In this document: piece after piece, positions 42,446 to 51,135 of the stretch | How the letters are laid out: every line of letters begins with the position of its first letter | Position numbering within the stretch: the stretch's first letter is position 1 | Assembly (NCBI GenBank): GCA_963781585.1 | Contig: CAWAGQ010000004.1 | Span: forward strand, 544,001 to 608,000 | Length of the DNA stretch: 64,000 nucleotides | Origin: an uncultured Gemmatimonadaceae bacterium | GTDB lineage: Bacteria > Gemmatimonadota > Gemmatimonadetes > Gemmatimonadales > Gemmatimonadaceae | Direction of reading: 5' to 3' | Program-made: the position numbers and the translations under genes | Notes under the pieces: generated by a model | Database searches by the model: none | The model's input: only the letters and a program-made list of their open reading frames with translations | Told to the model about the DNA's origin: nothing

Positions 42446-43861
42446 TCAAAGGTGAGGGGGCGCAAGACGGCCACCAACAATGTCCGCCTTCCATTCCGTC
42501 GCCGCCCGAACCGCACCGCGGAAGCCCTGCAGACCGTACCACAGACAGACGATCGACAGGAGGCGACCCGCCACCGTGACCAGCAGCAGCGACGAGGCCA
42601 CCATGGCCGCTTCGTGATGGAAGACCCGGTCGGTGAACAGGGCGACGGCCGTGGGGCCCAGCGCGCCGATCATGTTGACAAGAAAGAGATAGAGCGCGGA
42701 GATCTGAGCGCGCATCGGCGACGGCGTCATCTCCTGGAGCGCCGCGGCGGCCGCACCCCACGGCAGGGCGGCGGCGATGTTCGTAACGATAAGCCCGGCG
42801 ATGAGCACGTCGAATCGCCGTGTCGTATACAATGGAATGGCAGCCGCCAGCGCGAGGGCGGATCCCATGATCCCCACCTGCATGTCGCCGTCGACTCGAC
42901 CCCGTTGCTTGAGCCAATCGGACAATCGGCCGCCGGCGAGAATCCCCAGGGAGCCAAAGATGACTGTCGCGCCTCCCATGTAGACGCCCACCTGTCCAAT
43001 CGTCCAGTCGTGTGAACGCTCGAAGAAGGCCGGAAACCAGAATGCGGTGCCGTAGTTCACAAGAGCGAAGATCGCAAACCCGATTCCCTGGCCCGAAAAG
43101 GCCCTCGGGTGCGCGCGCACGTAGCCGAACGCCGTCCGCATCGGCAGCGCCGATGGCAGGCGGCCCGGAACGGCGCTGCGACGGGGCTCTCGCACCGTGA
43201 GCAGGAGCAGTGCGACGGCGATTCCGGGGGCGCCCACCAGCACCAGCACCGTCTGCCACGGTCGAAGCTCGCCCACCATGGGAACGTGCCACGGCGGCGT
43301 CGCCTGCACGAGCTGGATGACCGCGCCCCCGATCCAGTAGGCCAGCCCGGATCCGAGGAAGATCCCTACGCCGAACAGGCTCATGGCGCTCGACAGGCGT
43401 TGCTGAGGGAAGTAGTCGGCGATGAGGGAAAAGGCGGGTGGCGTAAGGGACGCTTCCCCCACGCCTACTCCCATGCGAGCGAGGAAGAGTTGCCAGTATC
43501 CCCGGGCGAGTCCACTCATCGCGCACATGACGCTCCACACGGCAGCACCCCAGCCAATGATTGCCCGGCGGCTGCGCACGTCCGCCAGGCGACCAATGGG
43601 GAAACCGAGCACGGAGTAGAAGGCAGCGAAGGCGAGTCCTCCCAGCCAGCTCACCTGCGTGTCACTGAGGGCGAGGTCGCTCTTGATCGGATCCACCAGC
43701 AGCGAGATCACCTGTCGATCGATGAATCCCGAGACATTCGCCAGCATGAGGACAATGACTACGTACCACGCGTAGATGCCCGGGCTCCGCACCTCGCCGG
43801 GATCCGGCTCGGCCGTGCCCGGTCCTGCCGGACTGTCCGGGTCGTCCGCGGAGCGGCTCAT
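42446..43861 (-). CDS. MFS transporter (spinster-like)
   Basis: FIDRQ, LSDTQ, GRLADVRSRR motif A, RMGVGVGEA, LIADYFP, 12 transmembrane segments. Confidence 0.88.
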   Translation of the reverse strand: MSRSADDPDSPAGPGTAEPDPGEVRSPGIYAWYVVIVLMLANVSGFIDRQVISLLVDPIKSDLALSDTQVSWLGGLAFAAFYSVLGFPIGRLADVRSRRAIIGWGAAVWSVMCAMSGLARGYWQLFLARMGVGVGEASLTPPAFSLIADYFPQQRLSSAMSLFGVGIFLGSGLAYWIGGAVIQLVQATPPWHVPMVGELRPWQTVLVLVGAPGIAVALLLLTVREPRRSAVPGRLPSALPMRTAFGYVRAHPRAFSGQGIGFAIFALVNYGTAFWFPAFFERSHDWTIGQVGVYMGGATVIFGSLGILAGGRLSDWLKQRGRVDGDMQVGIMGSALALAAAIPLYTTRRFDVLIAGLIVTNIAAALPWGAAAAALQEMTPSPMRAQISALYLFLVNMIGALGPTAVALFTDRVFHHEAAMVASSLLLVTVAGRLLSIVCLWYGLQGFRGAVRAATEWKADIVGGRLAPPHL

Positions 43862-43874
43862 GCACTCTCCCGGC

Positions 43875-44474
43875 TCATCGACGAACGCGCTCGTTCGCCG
43901 CCGACGCCAGTCGCAGGAAGTTCCCGAGCAGCGTCTTCCCGTCCTGCGTCATGATCGACTCGGGATGAAACTGCACGCCCCATACCGGGTGCGCGCGATG
44001 CGCTACCGCGTGGATCTCGTCGGGGTCGTCGTCGGCGACTGCCACGACTGCAAGGGAGTCGGGCAGCGACGCGCTCTCCGCGATCAGGCTGTGGTAGCGC
44101 ATGACCTCGAGTGGCGACGGCAGCCCTTCGAAGAGGCCCGAGCGGTCATGCCGCACGCGTGATGTCTTGCCGTGCATCACCCGGCGCGCGCGCACCACCC
44201 GTCCGCCGTACGCTTCGGCAATGGCCTGATGTCCCAGGCACACTCCGAGCACCGGAGTGGTCGCCCCCAGGTGCCTGACGAGAGGCACCGAAATTCCTGC
44301 TTCAGCCGGGGTACAGGGTCCCGGCGAGATGACGATGGCGTCGGCCCCGAGCGCCGCCGCATCAGCCACGGTGATCGCGTCGTTCCGGAACACGCGGGGC
44401 TCCTCGCCCAGCTCCCCGAGATACTGGACCAGGTTGTAGGTGAAGGAATCGTAGTTGTCGATCACCAGGATCAT
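43875..44474 (-). CDS. anthranilate/aminodeoxychorismate synthase glutamine amidotransferase (TrpG/PabA)
   Basis: IDNYDSFTYNL, ISPGPCTP, GVCLGHQ, RYHSL, GVQFHPES. Confidence 0.93.
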   Translation of the reverse strand: MILVIDNYDSFTYNLVQYLGELGEEPRVFRNDAITVADAAALGADAIVISPGPCTPAEAGISVPLVRHLGATTPVLGVCLGHQAIAEAYGGRVVRARRVMHGKTSRVRHDRSGLFEGLPSPLEVMRYHSLIAESASLPDSLAVVAVADDDPDEIHAVAHRAHPVWGVQFHPESIMTQDGKTLLGNFLRLASAANERVRR

Positions 44475-44523
44475 GACGGCGCGCCACGAAGGTCGCGAGC
44501 CCGTGTCGTCCCGCCCAGGGGCG

Positions 44524-45450
44524 TCACCCGCGGGGATGGTACTGCTTGTGGACCTGTCGAAGATACTCGCGATCGATATGGGTGTAGACCTGCGTGGTCG
44601 AGATGTCTACGTGGCCGAGCATCTCCTGCACCGCCCGGAGGTCCGCTCCACCCTCGAGGAGATGCGTGGCGAACGAGTGACGCAGCGTATGCGGGGAGAC
44701 CCGCTTGGCGATCCCGGCCCGGTCGACGTACTTCCGGAGAATCTTCCAGGCGCCCATGCGGGAGAGTGGCTCCCCGCGGGCATTGAGGAAGAGAACACCC
44801 TTGCCGCGCCGACCGTCGTCCGAAAGTCTCGGGCGCAGCTCACGCAGGTAGAGGATCACCGATGAGAGCGCCGGTCGGCCCACCGGCACCAGGCGCTCCT
44901 TCCCGCCCTTCCCGAACGCCCGCACCAGTCGCTCCTCGACCAGAACGTCGCGTACGGCGAGGGTGGTCCATTCCGACACCCGGAGTCCGGCGGCGTAGGC
45001 CAACTCCAGCATGGCGCGATCGCGAAAATAGAGCGGATCTTCCATCGTCGGTGCCGTCAGGAGCTTCTCGATCTCCACCGTGGTCAGCACCTCCGGCAGG
45101 GTGCGCCAGCGCGCGGGCAGCTCGAGGCGCTCGCTGGGGTCGGAGGTCAGCGTCTGCTCTGAGACGAGGAACGCAAAGTAGGTGTGAAGTGCGGACACCG
45201 TCCTGCGAATCGACGCCGATGCGAGGCCGGCGTCCTTCAAGTGGAACATGAAGCTGCGGAGGAGCCGGGAGTCGACGTCGACCGGGCGCCGCGTTCCCCT
45301 CGACACGGCGAACGCGACGAAACGCCGGAGGTCCCCCCCATAGGCCTGCCGCGTGCGCACGGCGCTGCCCTGCTCGAGGTTCAGAAAATCGTCGAACCGC
45401 TCGAGCAGAAACTCACGAGCGATCTCGTCAGGCAGAACGCCGGGCGTCAT
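44524..45450 (-). CDS. xerD: site-specific tyrosine recombinase XerD
   Basis: RDRAMLELAYAAGLRVSE, GKGGKERLVP, HTLRHSFATHLLEGGADLRAVQEMLGH, TTQVYTH, HPR end. Confidence 0.9.
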   Translation of the reverse strand: MTPGVLPDEIAREFLLERFDDFLNLEQGSAVRTRQAYGGDLRRFVAFAVSRGTRRPVDVDSRLLRSFMFHLKDAGLASASIRRTVSALHTYFAFLVSEQTLTSDPSERLELPARWRTLPEVLTTVEIEKLLTAPTMEDPLYFRDRAMLELAYAAGLRVSEWTTLAVRDVLVEERLVRAFGKGGKERLVPVGRPALSSVILYLRELRPRLSDDGRRGKGVLFLNARGEPLSRMGAWKILRKYVDRAGIAKRVSPHTLRHSFATHLLEGGADLRAVQEMLGHVDISTTQVYTHIDREYLRQVHKQYHPRG

Positions 45451-46064
45451 CGCGCGCGCCGCCGCCGCCGCCGCACGATCAGGGCGGCGATCGCCGCGAC
45501 GCCGATCGCCGCCGCCACGAAGCCGGTATTCCGCGCCAGTCGGCCGATGGTGTGGACGACCGCGTCCCAGTTGTTTCCGGCATGGAAGGCGATCAACATG
45601 ACGGCGCCGTACCAGATCGCGGACGCCAGCGTCACGGCGATGCCGGTCAGGAGCACCGGAATACGGAGGGCCCCGGCGAACGGAGTCACGACCGCGCGCA
45701 CGCCGGGCACGAATCGCAGGAGAAACAGGGAAATCACGCCGTACCGGAGGTACCAGGACGTGATGCGCGACTCCGCCGCATCCGCGTTCTTCAGATGAAA
45801 TTTGCGCTCGGTCCAGGTTGCGCCGAAGTGACGCCCGAGCGCGTACATCACGAACGCCCCGCTGACGTTGCCGGCCAGAACGGACAGCAGCGCCGGCAGC
45901 GGCGAGCTGTTCGCGCGCGCCGCGAGAAAGGCACCGAACGCGATCAGCACATCGGCCGGCAGCGGAGGGAAGACATTCTCGGCGGCAGCGAGAAGGCCCA
46001 TCGCCACGAGCAGCGTGGCGGGAGGAAGCGACGCCAGCCAGTCGAGGACCGCGGCGAGGTTCAT
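45447..46064 (-). CDS. DedA family membrane protein
   Basis: ENVFPPLPAD, YALGR, RFVPGVR. Confidence 0.9.
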   Translation of the reverse strand: MNLAAVLDWLASLPPATLLVAMGLLAAAENVFPPLPADVLIAFGAFLAARANSSPLPALLSVLAGNVSGAFVMYALGRHFGATWTERKFHLKNADAAESRITSWYLRYGVISLFLLRFVPGVRAVVTPFAGALRIPVLLTGIAVTLASAIWYGAVMLIAFHAGNNWDAVVHTIGRLARNTGFVAAAIGVAAIAALIVRRRRRRAR

Positions 46065-46145
46065 GATTGACCGGCTCGCCGCAGCGATCTGCAGTCGGCC
46101 CTTGGCACGTCGGCCGTGTCCTCTGTGCTGGTAGCCACCGGCGGC

Positions 46146-46655
46146 CTACCGCTCGGCTTCGGGAGCGTCCTGGCCGCGCACGATGGTTGCGACGGCAATG
46201 CAGGCGAGTCCTTCGCCCCGCCCGATCCATCCCATGCGCTCGTTGGTCTTTCCCTTCACACTCACGTTCGTCATCGGCACGCTCAGCGCTTCTGCGAGGT
46301 GGGCGCGCATGGCCGATCGATATCCGGTGAGCTTCGGCGTCTCGGCGATCACCGTGACATCGGCGTTCACGACTCGCCACCCCTCCCGGTTCACGCGCGC
46401 GACGGCGGCGCGCAGCATCTCCAGCGAATTCCGTCCGGCGTTTTCCGCGTCCTCGTCGGAGAACATCTCGCCGATGTCGCCAAGGGCGGCGGCCCCCAGC
46501 ACCGCGTCGGTGAGCGCATGGGCTACCGCATCCCCGTCTGAGTGGCCGATCAGCGCGAAATCCACCGGGATGCGCACGCCGCCCAGAATGAGGGGTCCCC
46601 CGGGAGCGAAGCGGTGCGAGTCGTATCCAATCCCGGCGCGGACGGTGGCAGGCAT
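46146..46655 (-). CDS. ispF: 2-C-methyl-D-erythritol 2,4-cyclodiphosphate synthase
   Basis: GIGYDSHRF, GHSDGDAVAHA, DIGEMF, VKGKTNE.MG..GRGEG. Confidence 0.95.
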   Translation of the reverse strand: MPATVRAGIGYDSHRFAPGGPLILGGVRIPVDFALIGHSDGDAVAHALTDAVLGAAALGDIGEMFSDEDAENAGRNSLEMLRAAVARVNREGWRVVNADVTVIAETPKLTGYRSAMRAHLAEALSVPMTNVSVKGKTNERMGWIGRGEGLACIAVATIVRGQDAPEAER

Positions 46656-46735
46656 GTTCCGGTCGGTGCGCTAGGGTGACGTCGCGAGCGCGATGGCGAA
46701 AGCGGCGCGCTCCGCAGCGAGCGGGCCGCCCGCGT

Positions 46736-47770
46736 TCACGCGGCTGCGGTCTCCGGCGCCCGGATGATCGTGTAGTCCTGGCGGCGACGGGCGGGCGTGA
46801 ACCCCGCATCCCGGATGAGTCGCTCCATCTCGTCGGTCGTGGTGCGGTAGGTCGTGCCGGCGCTCGACACGACGTTCTCCTCGATCATCAGGGAACCGAA
46901 ATCGTTGCAGCCGAAACGCAGGGCCAATTGCCCGATCTTGAGTCCCATCGTTACCCAGCTCGACTGGAGGTTGGGCACGTTGTCGAGCACGACCCGCGCG
47001 ATGGCGACCGTGCGCAGGTAGTCGACCGCGCCCAGCTTGGGCATGTGCGACATGGTCGGCGTGTGCTCGGGCTGCAAGGGCCAGCAGATGAACGCCGTGA
47101 ATCCTCCCGTGCGCGACTGGAGGTCGCGGACGCGGTTCAAGTGCTCGATCCGCTCGGTGAGCGTCTCGCCGATGCCGTACATCATCGTGACCGACGTCTT
47201 CATTCCCTCCTGGTGCGCCAACTCCATGATCTCGAGCCAGCGATCGGCGCCCGCCTTCTTCGGCGCCACCTGGTCGCGCACCCGCTGCACCAGGATCTCA
47301 CCGCCGCCGCCTGGAATAGAATCGAGGCCGGCAGCACGCAGCTCACGGATTACGTCGCGGGCGTCCATGCGGAAAAGGGTCGAGAAGAAGTCGACCTCGC
47401 TCGGAGAGAATCCATGGATGTGGATCGGGTGGTACTGCTTGATGTAGCGCATCAGATCGAGGTACCACTCGAACGGAATGTACGGATTGTGCCCACCCTG
47501 AATGAGGATCTGCACGCCGCCCAGTGCCTTGGTTTCGTCGATTTTCGCACCGATCTGCTCGAACGAGAGGGTGTACCCTTCCCCGTGCCGTGGCCGGCGA
47601 TAGAAGGCGCAGAAGCCGCAATCGGCCACGCATACGTTCGTGTAGTTGATGTTCCGGTCCACGATATACGTGACGATGTTGTGCGGGTGCTTTTCGGTCC
47701 GCACCCGGTCGGCCGCGAGGCCGAGCTCGAGGAGCGGGGCGTTCGTGTAGAAATCGAGGAGGTCGTTCAT
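46736..47770 (-). CDS. mqnC: cyclic dehypoxanthinyl futalosine synthase (radical SAM)
   Basis: VDRNINYTNVCVADCGFCAFYR, QGGHNP, PGGGGEIL, QSSWVT, DFGSLMIEENVV. Confidence 0.9.
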   Translation of the reverse strand: MNDLLDFYTNAPLLELGLAADRVRTEKHPHNIVTYIVDRNINYTNVCVADCGFCAFYRRPRHGEGYTLSFEQIGAKIDETKALGGVQILIQGGHNPYIPFEWYLDLMRYIKQYHPIHIHGFSPSEVDFFSTLFRMDARDVIRELRAAGLDSIPGGGGEILVQRVRDQVAPKKAGADRWLEIMELAHQEGMKTSVTMMYGIGETLTERIEHLNRVRDLQSRTGGFTAFICWPLQPEHTPTMSHMPKLGAVDYLRTVAIARVVLDNVPNLQSSWVTMGLKIGQLALRFGCNDFGSLMIEENVVSSAGTTYRTTTDEMERLIRDAGFTPARRRQDYTIIRAPETAAA

Positions 47771-47898
47771 GAACGGCGGTCCGATTGGGCGGGTTTCCGA
47801 CGGGCATGCCTGCCACCCGGGCGACCCTGTAATCTCGCCAGACGGCGGGTCTGCGGCGAGTGCGTCACGTGGCGCGATGGAAGATGGGGTCACTTTAC

Positions 47899-48018
47899 GG
47901 GAGCCTCGGATGCGCTCGTCGGGGGCGCGATTCTCAGGGGGCCTCGGATACGCCGGTTGGGAACTCGGAGCGCGCGATTGTACGGAGCCTCGGAGGCGTG
48001 GTTGGGGCCTCGGAGCGT
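47899..48018. repeat. degenerate direct-repeat array (5 x CTCGGA core; ~46-bp unit duplicated)
   Basis: CTCGGA at 47905, 47943, 47964, 47989, 48009; GCGCGATT at 47925 and 47972; GGTTGGG at 47955 and 48000. Confidence 0.65.
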
Positions 48019-48106
48019 GGAGGAAGGACCTGTGAAGAGCCGATCGGGTATGAGCGCCGTCGTGTTCGCTGTCCTCGTGACCCGTCGGCCGGCGAGGGGG
48101 CTCCCG

Positions 48107-49138
48107 ATGGCTGGGCGTGCACTGGTCGTGGCATTGATGATGGCGACTCTGATCGCCGCGCTTCCCGCCCGTGCGCAGCGCATGGTGATCGCCGGCGTTG
48201 TGCGTGACGAGGGCGGCGCGCCGATCGAGAATGCCCTGGTCACCCTGGACGGCGATCAGCGCGCGGTGCGGCACGTGCGCACCAACGTGACCGGGGAATT
48301 CGTGTTCGGCCGGGTGGCGCGCGGGTTTCACGGTCTGTCCACGATGCGGATCGGATACGCGCCCGATGAACGCGTCGTCGAGGTTCTCGACTCCCTGGCC
48401 GCCGTCACCGTTGTCCTTCGCCGCCTTCCCTACAGTCTCGACACGCTGCGGGTTGTCGCCAACCGGTCAGGGGTCTTTGGCCAGGTGCTGGCACATGGCG
48501 GGACGATACCAGTTGATTCGGCCGCGGTGACCGTGATGCGAACGCGCTGGTCAACCACCACGGGACGCGATGGGCGATTCGACATCCCGGAGCAGATGGA
48601 GACGGGAGCCAGGGTGCTGTTCGTGCGCCGGGCCGGCTACCAGTCCAAGATGACGTCGATCAGCGTGTCACCGGAGAAGGCGGTGGAGGTCGCGGTGGTA
48701 CTCGATACCCTGACCGCACCGGGCGGGATGCGTCGCGCGATGCCGCTGTCCGAGATGGAGGAACGCGTCCGCTACATGGGCAGCCGGGCGGCGCTGGTGC
48801 CGGCGAACGAGATCGCGGGCTACAAGCGCATGAATCTTCGCGACGCGATCGGCCTGGCGCCGAGCTATCTCAAGGCGAACATCCGCATGTCGGATCGGGC
48901 GTGTCTCTTCGTGAACGGGCTTCCGCGCCTTTTCGGAACGACAAACGAGTACGAGGCGGACGAGATCGAGAGCGTGGAGGTCTACGGGCCGAGGTCGGAA
49001 TGGACCGGGACGCTGGCCCGTCGGTGGGCCGAACAGTATCCGAAGTTTTCGTGCGGAGATCCCGACTGCAATAACCTGCTTCCGCGCTGTATCGGGGACG
49101 TGAGCGCGGTGGTGGTCTGGCTCAAGCAGCCGGACTAG
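48107..49138 (+). CDS. secreted protein: two carboxypeptidase-regulatory-like domains + TonB-plug-like domain, no barrel
   Basis: Signal peptide ARA-Q; GVVRDEGGAPIENA...TGEF...RIGY and a second such domain; LFVNG...DEIESVEVY...AVVVWLK; start uncertain (48032, 48050 or 48107). Confidence 0.75.
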   Translation: MAGRALVVALMMATLIAALPARAQRMVIAGVVRDEGGAPIENALVTLDGDQRAVRHVRTNVTGEFVFGRVARGFHGLSTMRIGYAPDERVVEVLDSLAAVTVVLRRLPYSLDTLRVVANRSGVFGQVLAHGGTIPVDSAAVTVMRTRWSTTTGRDGRFDIPEQMETGARVLFVRRAGYQSKMTSISVSPEKAVEVAVVLDTLTAPGGMRRAMPLSEMEERVRYMGSRAALVPANEIAGYKRMNLRDAIGLAPSYLKANIRMSDRACLFVNGLPRLFGTTNEYEADEIESVEVYGPRSEWTGTLARRWAEQYPKFSCGDPDCNNLLPRCIGDVSAVVVWLKQPD

Positions 49139-49206
49139 GTGCGCAGATCTCCCGTGCGGCTGCACAAGAAGCAGTAATACTCGCACGTCCGCTGCGGAGG
49201 TGACGG

Positions 49207-50034
49207 ATGCAGGTCTCGTTATGCATCACCACCCGGGTCTCGTCGCCCGGCGCACGTCGGCGCGCCGGGACCGGGGTCGCGATTCTGGTGGCGGCCGTCG
49301 GGGCAGGACTCTCGCCCGCCCGTGCCGAGTCGCAGGAACCGACTACGCGGGTCATCGCGGGCAGCGTCACCGACACGTCGCGGCATCCGGTTCCCTACGT
49401 CAACGTGCAGCTCGGCTCCAGGACGCGCATCGTCGCCGACGACTCGGGCCGGTTTCGGCTGAACGCCCCGCGCGGCGACGCGGTCACGCTCGATATCCGG
49501 CGGATCGGCTATCGCCCGACCGACGTGCACCTTCCCCCCGGCGGAGACACCTCGATCGTGGTGGCGCTCGTTCCCGCGGCCCAGCCGCTTCCCAAGTCAG
49601 TGGTGGCGGGAGCCGACACGCGGTCGCGCGCTCTCGCCCTGCACGGCTTCTACGAGCGGCTCGACGACCACCGAAAAGGGATCTCGTGGGGGTGGTTCAT
49701 CACACCGGAGGACATCGAGCGGCGGCACCCGAACCTCATCACGTACATGATCGATGGCATTCCCAGCGTGTCGGTGCGGCGCGGTCTGCGGCATACCGAC
49801 AACACGATTCTGGGCAGCAATTTCGACATCAACGGGAATCGCTGCCGGATGACGGTCTATCTGGACGGGATCCGGGTGATTTCGTCGGTGGGCGCACAGT
49901 ATCAGAGCCTCGACGATCTGGTCACCTCCACCTCGGTGGCCGGGGTGGAGGTGTACGCGCGCCCCGGCGAGGTTCCGCCGCAGTACCAGCATCTCAATGG
50001 GACCTGCGGCGTGGTGCTGGTGTGGACGAAATAG
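49207..50034 (+). CDS. secreted protein: carboxypeptidase-regulatory-like domain + TonB-plug-like domain, no barrel
   Basis: Signal peptide ARA-E; GSVTDTSRHPVPYVNV...DDSGRF...RRIGY; FITPEDIERR, VYLDG, VAGVEVY, CGVVLVWTK-stop; GGAGG RBS. Confidence 0.78.
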   Translation: MQVSLCITTRVSSPGARRRAGTGVAILVAAVGAGLSPARAESQEPTTRVIAGSVTDTSRHPVPYVNVQLGSRTRIVADDSGRFRLNAPRGDAVTLDIRRIGYRPTDVHLPPGGDTSIVVALVPAAQPLPKSVVAGADTRSRALALHGFYERLDDHRKGISWGWFITPEDIERRHPNLITYMIDGIPSVSVRRGLRHTDNTILGSNFDINGNRCRMTVYLDGIRVISSVGAQYQSLDDLVTSTSVAGVEVYARPGEVPPQYQHLNGTCGVVLVWTK

Positions 50035-50216
50035 GTCAGAGGCCATAGGCCACGGGCCATAGGCCGTAGCCATCGGTCAGAGGCCAGAGGTCAGAGGGTC
50101 AGAGGCCAGAGGGTCAGAGGCCAGAGGTCAGAGGTCAGAGGTCAGAGGTCATAGGTCATAGGCGAGGGGTCATAGGTCAGAGGTCATGGGTCATAGGTCA
50201 GAGGTCATGGGCCACA
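50034..50216. repeat. heptanucleotide tandem repeat, about 26 units of GGYCAKA
   Basis: GGTCAGA, GGCCAGA, GGTCATA, GGCCATA and GGTCATG units read directly; lies between two convergent genes. Confidence 0.95.
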
Positions 50217-50247
50217 ACCAGCGGCCAGGGGGCCGTACCACAAATCC

Positions 50248-51135
50248 CTACGCCGCGGGCAGGAACGCCAGGGTCCCGTTAGGCACGCGCCCGGCGGCCA
50301 CGAGTCGCCTGAAGAACTCGGTGAGTCCGGCCAGATGGGGATACGACAGACCGTAGTCGAGGCCGCTCAGATACTCATGGCAGAGCGAGACCGCGACCCC
50401 CGTTGCCCTGGACGCGCGTTCCGAGAGCTCCGGAAGATGCCGCAGTCCCCAGTTGCGTGATGCGATGAGGCTGGCGTGCAACGCGAGCGCAGCGTCTACG
50501 GGTGCGGCGCGCTGGGCGACCCAGACGGCGAAGACGAACGGCTGCCCGGTCCAGGCCTTCCACTCCCTGCCGAGGTCGTACGCAAAGGGATAGGTCGGCG
50601 TCGGCGTCCCGGTCGCCGGGAGTCCGCCGTCGCGAGTACCGGCTCGGGCTCGCTCCTCCATGGCGGACCCCAGCACCAGAGCCGCATCGCCGATGACGAG
50701 GCGCGCATCGTGGGGTTCATCGTCGAACCGCGCCACGTCGGTGAGTTCCGCATCGCCGGGGACAAACTCGGGCTGCGCGTGCCAGACGTGCTCGAACAAC
50801 AGCTCGATCAGCGCGAGGCTGGTCATCGAGCTGCGGCTCACGATGACGCGCCGGCCCCCGAGCTCGGACGCCGGCCGGCGCGAAAAAAGGATCACGCTGC
50901 GCACCGGTCCGTCGCACGAGATGGCCAGGTCCGGCAGCAGGAGATAGCGTTCTGAGGCGCGGGCGTATTCGATCGCCGACACCACGCTCACATCGAGTTC
51001 GCCACGCGCCATGAGCGCGTTGAGGGCGGTGGGAACGCCGCTCACCAGCGCGGCATCGAGCGAAACGGCCCCGGCGTCAATCGCGCCGTAGACCGGATAG
51101 CAGTTGATATACGGAATCCGGCCGAGGCGCAGCAT
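50248..51135 (-). CDS. mqnA: chorismate dehydratase (futalosine pathway)
   Basis: LGRIPYINCYP, VPTALN, ISCDGPVRSV, SMTS, LVIGDAAL, DLGREW..WTGQPFVFAVW. Confidence 0.9.
   Translation of the reverse strand: MLRLGRIPYINCYPVYGAIDAGAVSLDAALVSGVPTALNALMARGELDVSVVSAIEYARASERYLLLPDLAISCDGPVRSVILFSRRPASELGGRRVIVSRSSMTSLALIELLFEHVWHAQPEFVPGDAELTDVARFDDEPHDARLVIGDAALVLGSAMEERARAGTRDGGLPATGTPTPTYPFAYDLGREWKAWTGQPFVFAVWVAQRAAPVDAALALHASLIASRNWGLRHLPELSERASRATGVAVSLCHEYLSGLDYGLSYPHLAGLTEFFRRLVAAGRVPNGTLAFLPAA

Noticed and set aside
44524..46809. 761-aa ORF that would make an extended XerD; XerD as a sign of a mobile element
   Set aside because: The upstream part overlaps dedA and ispF in another frame. 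The recombinase is a housekeeping XerD among core genes.
46676..48106. 820-aa + strand ORF suggesting a large fusion protein
   Set aside because: Its first ~460 codons are the antisense shadow of mqnC plus intergenic DNA. The signal peptide and RBS place the real start near 48050-48107.
47899..50216. Repeat arrays as CRISPR
   Set aside because: Units are 6-8 bp with no unique 25-45-bp spacers between conserved repeats, and no cas genes are present.
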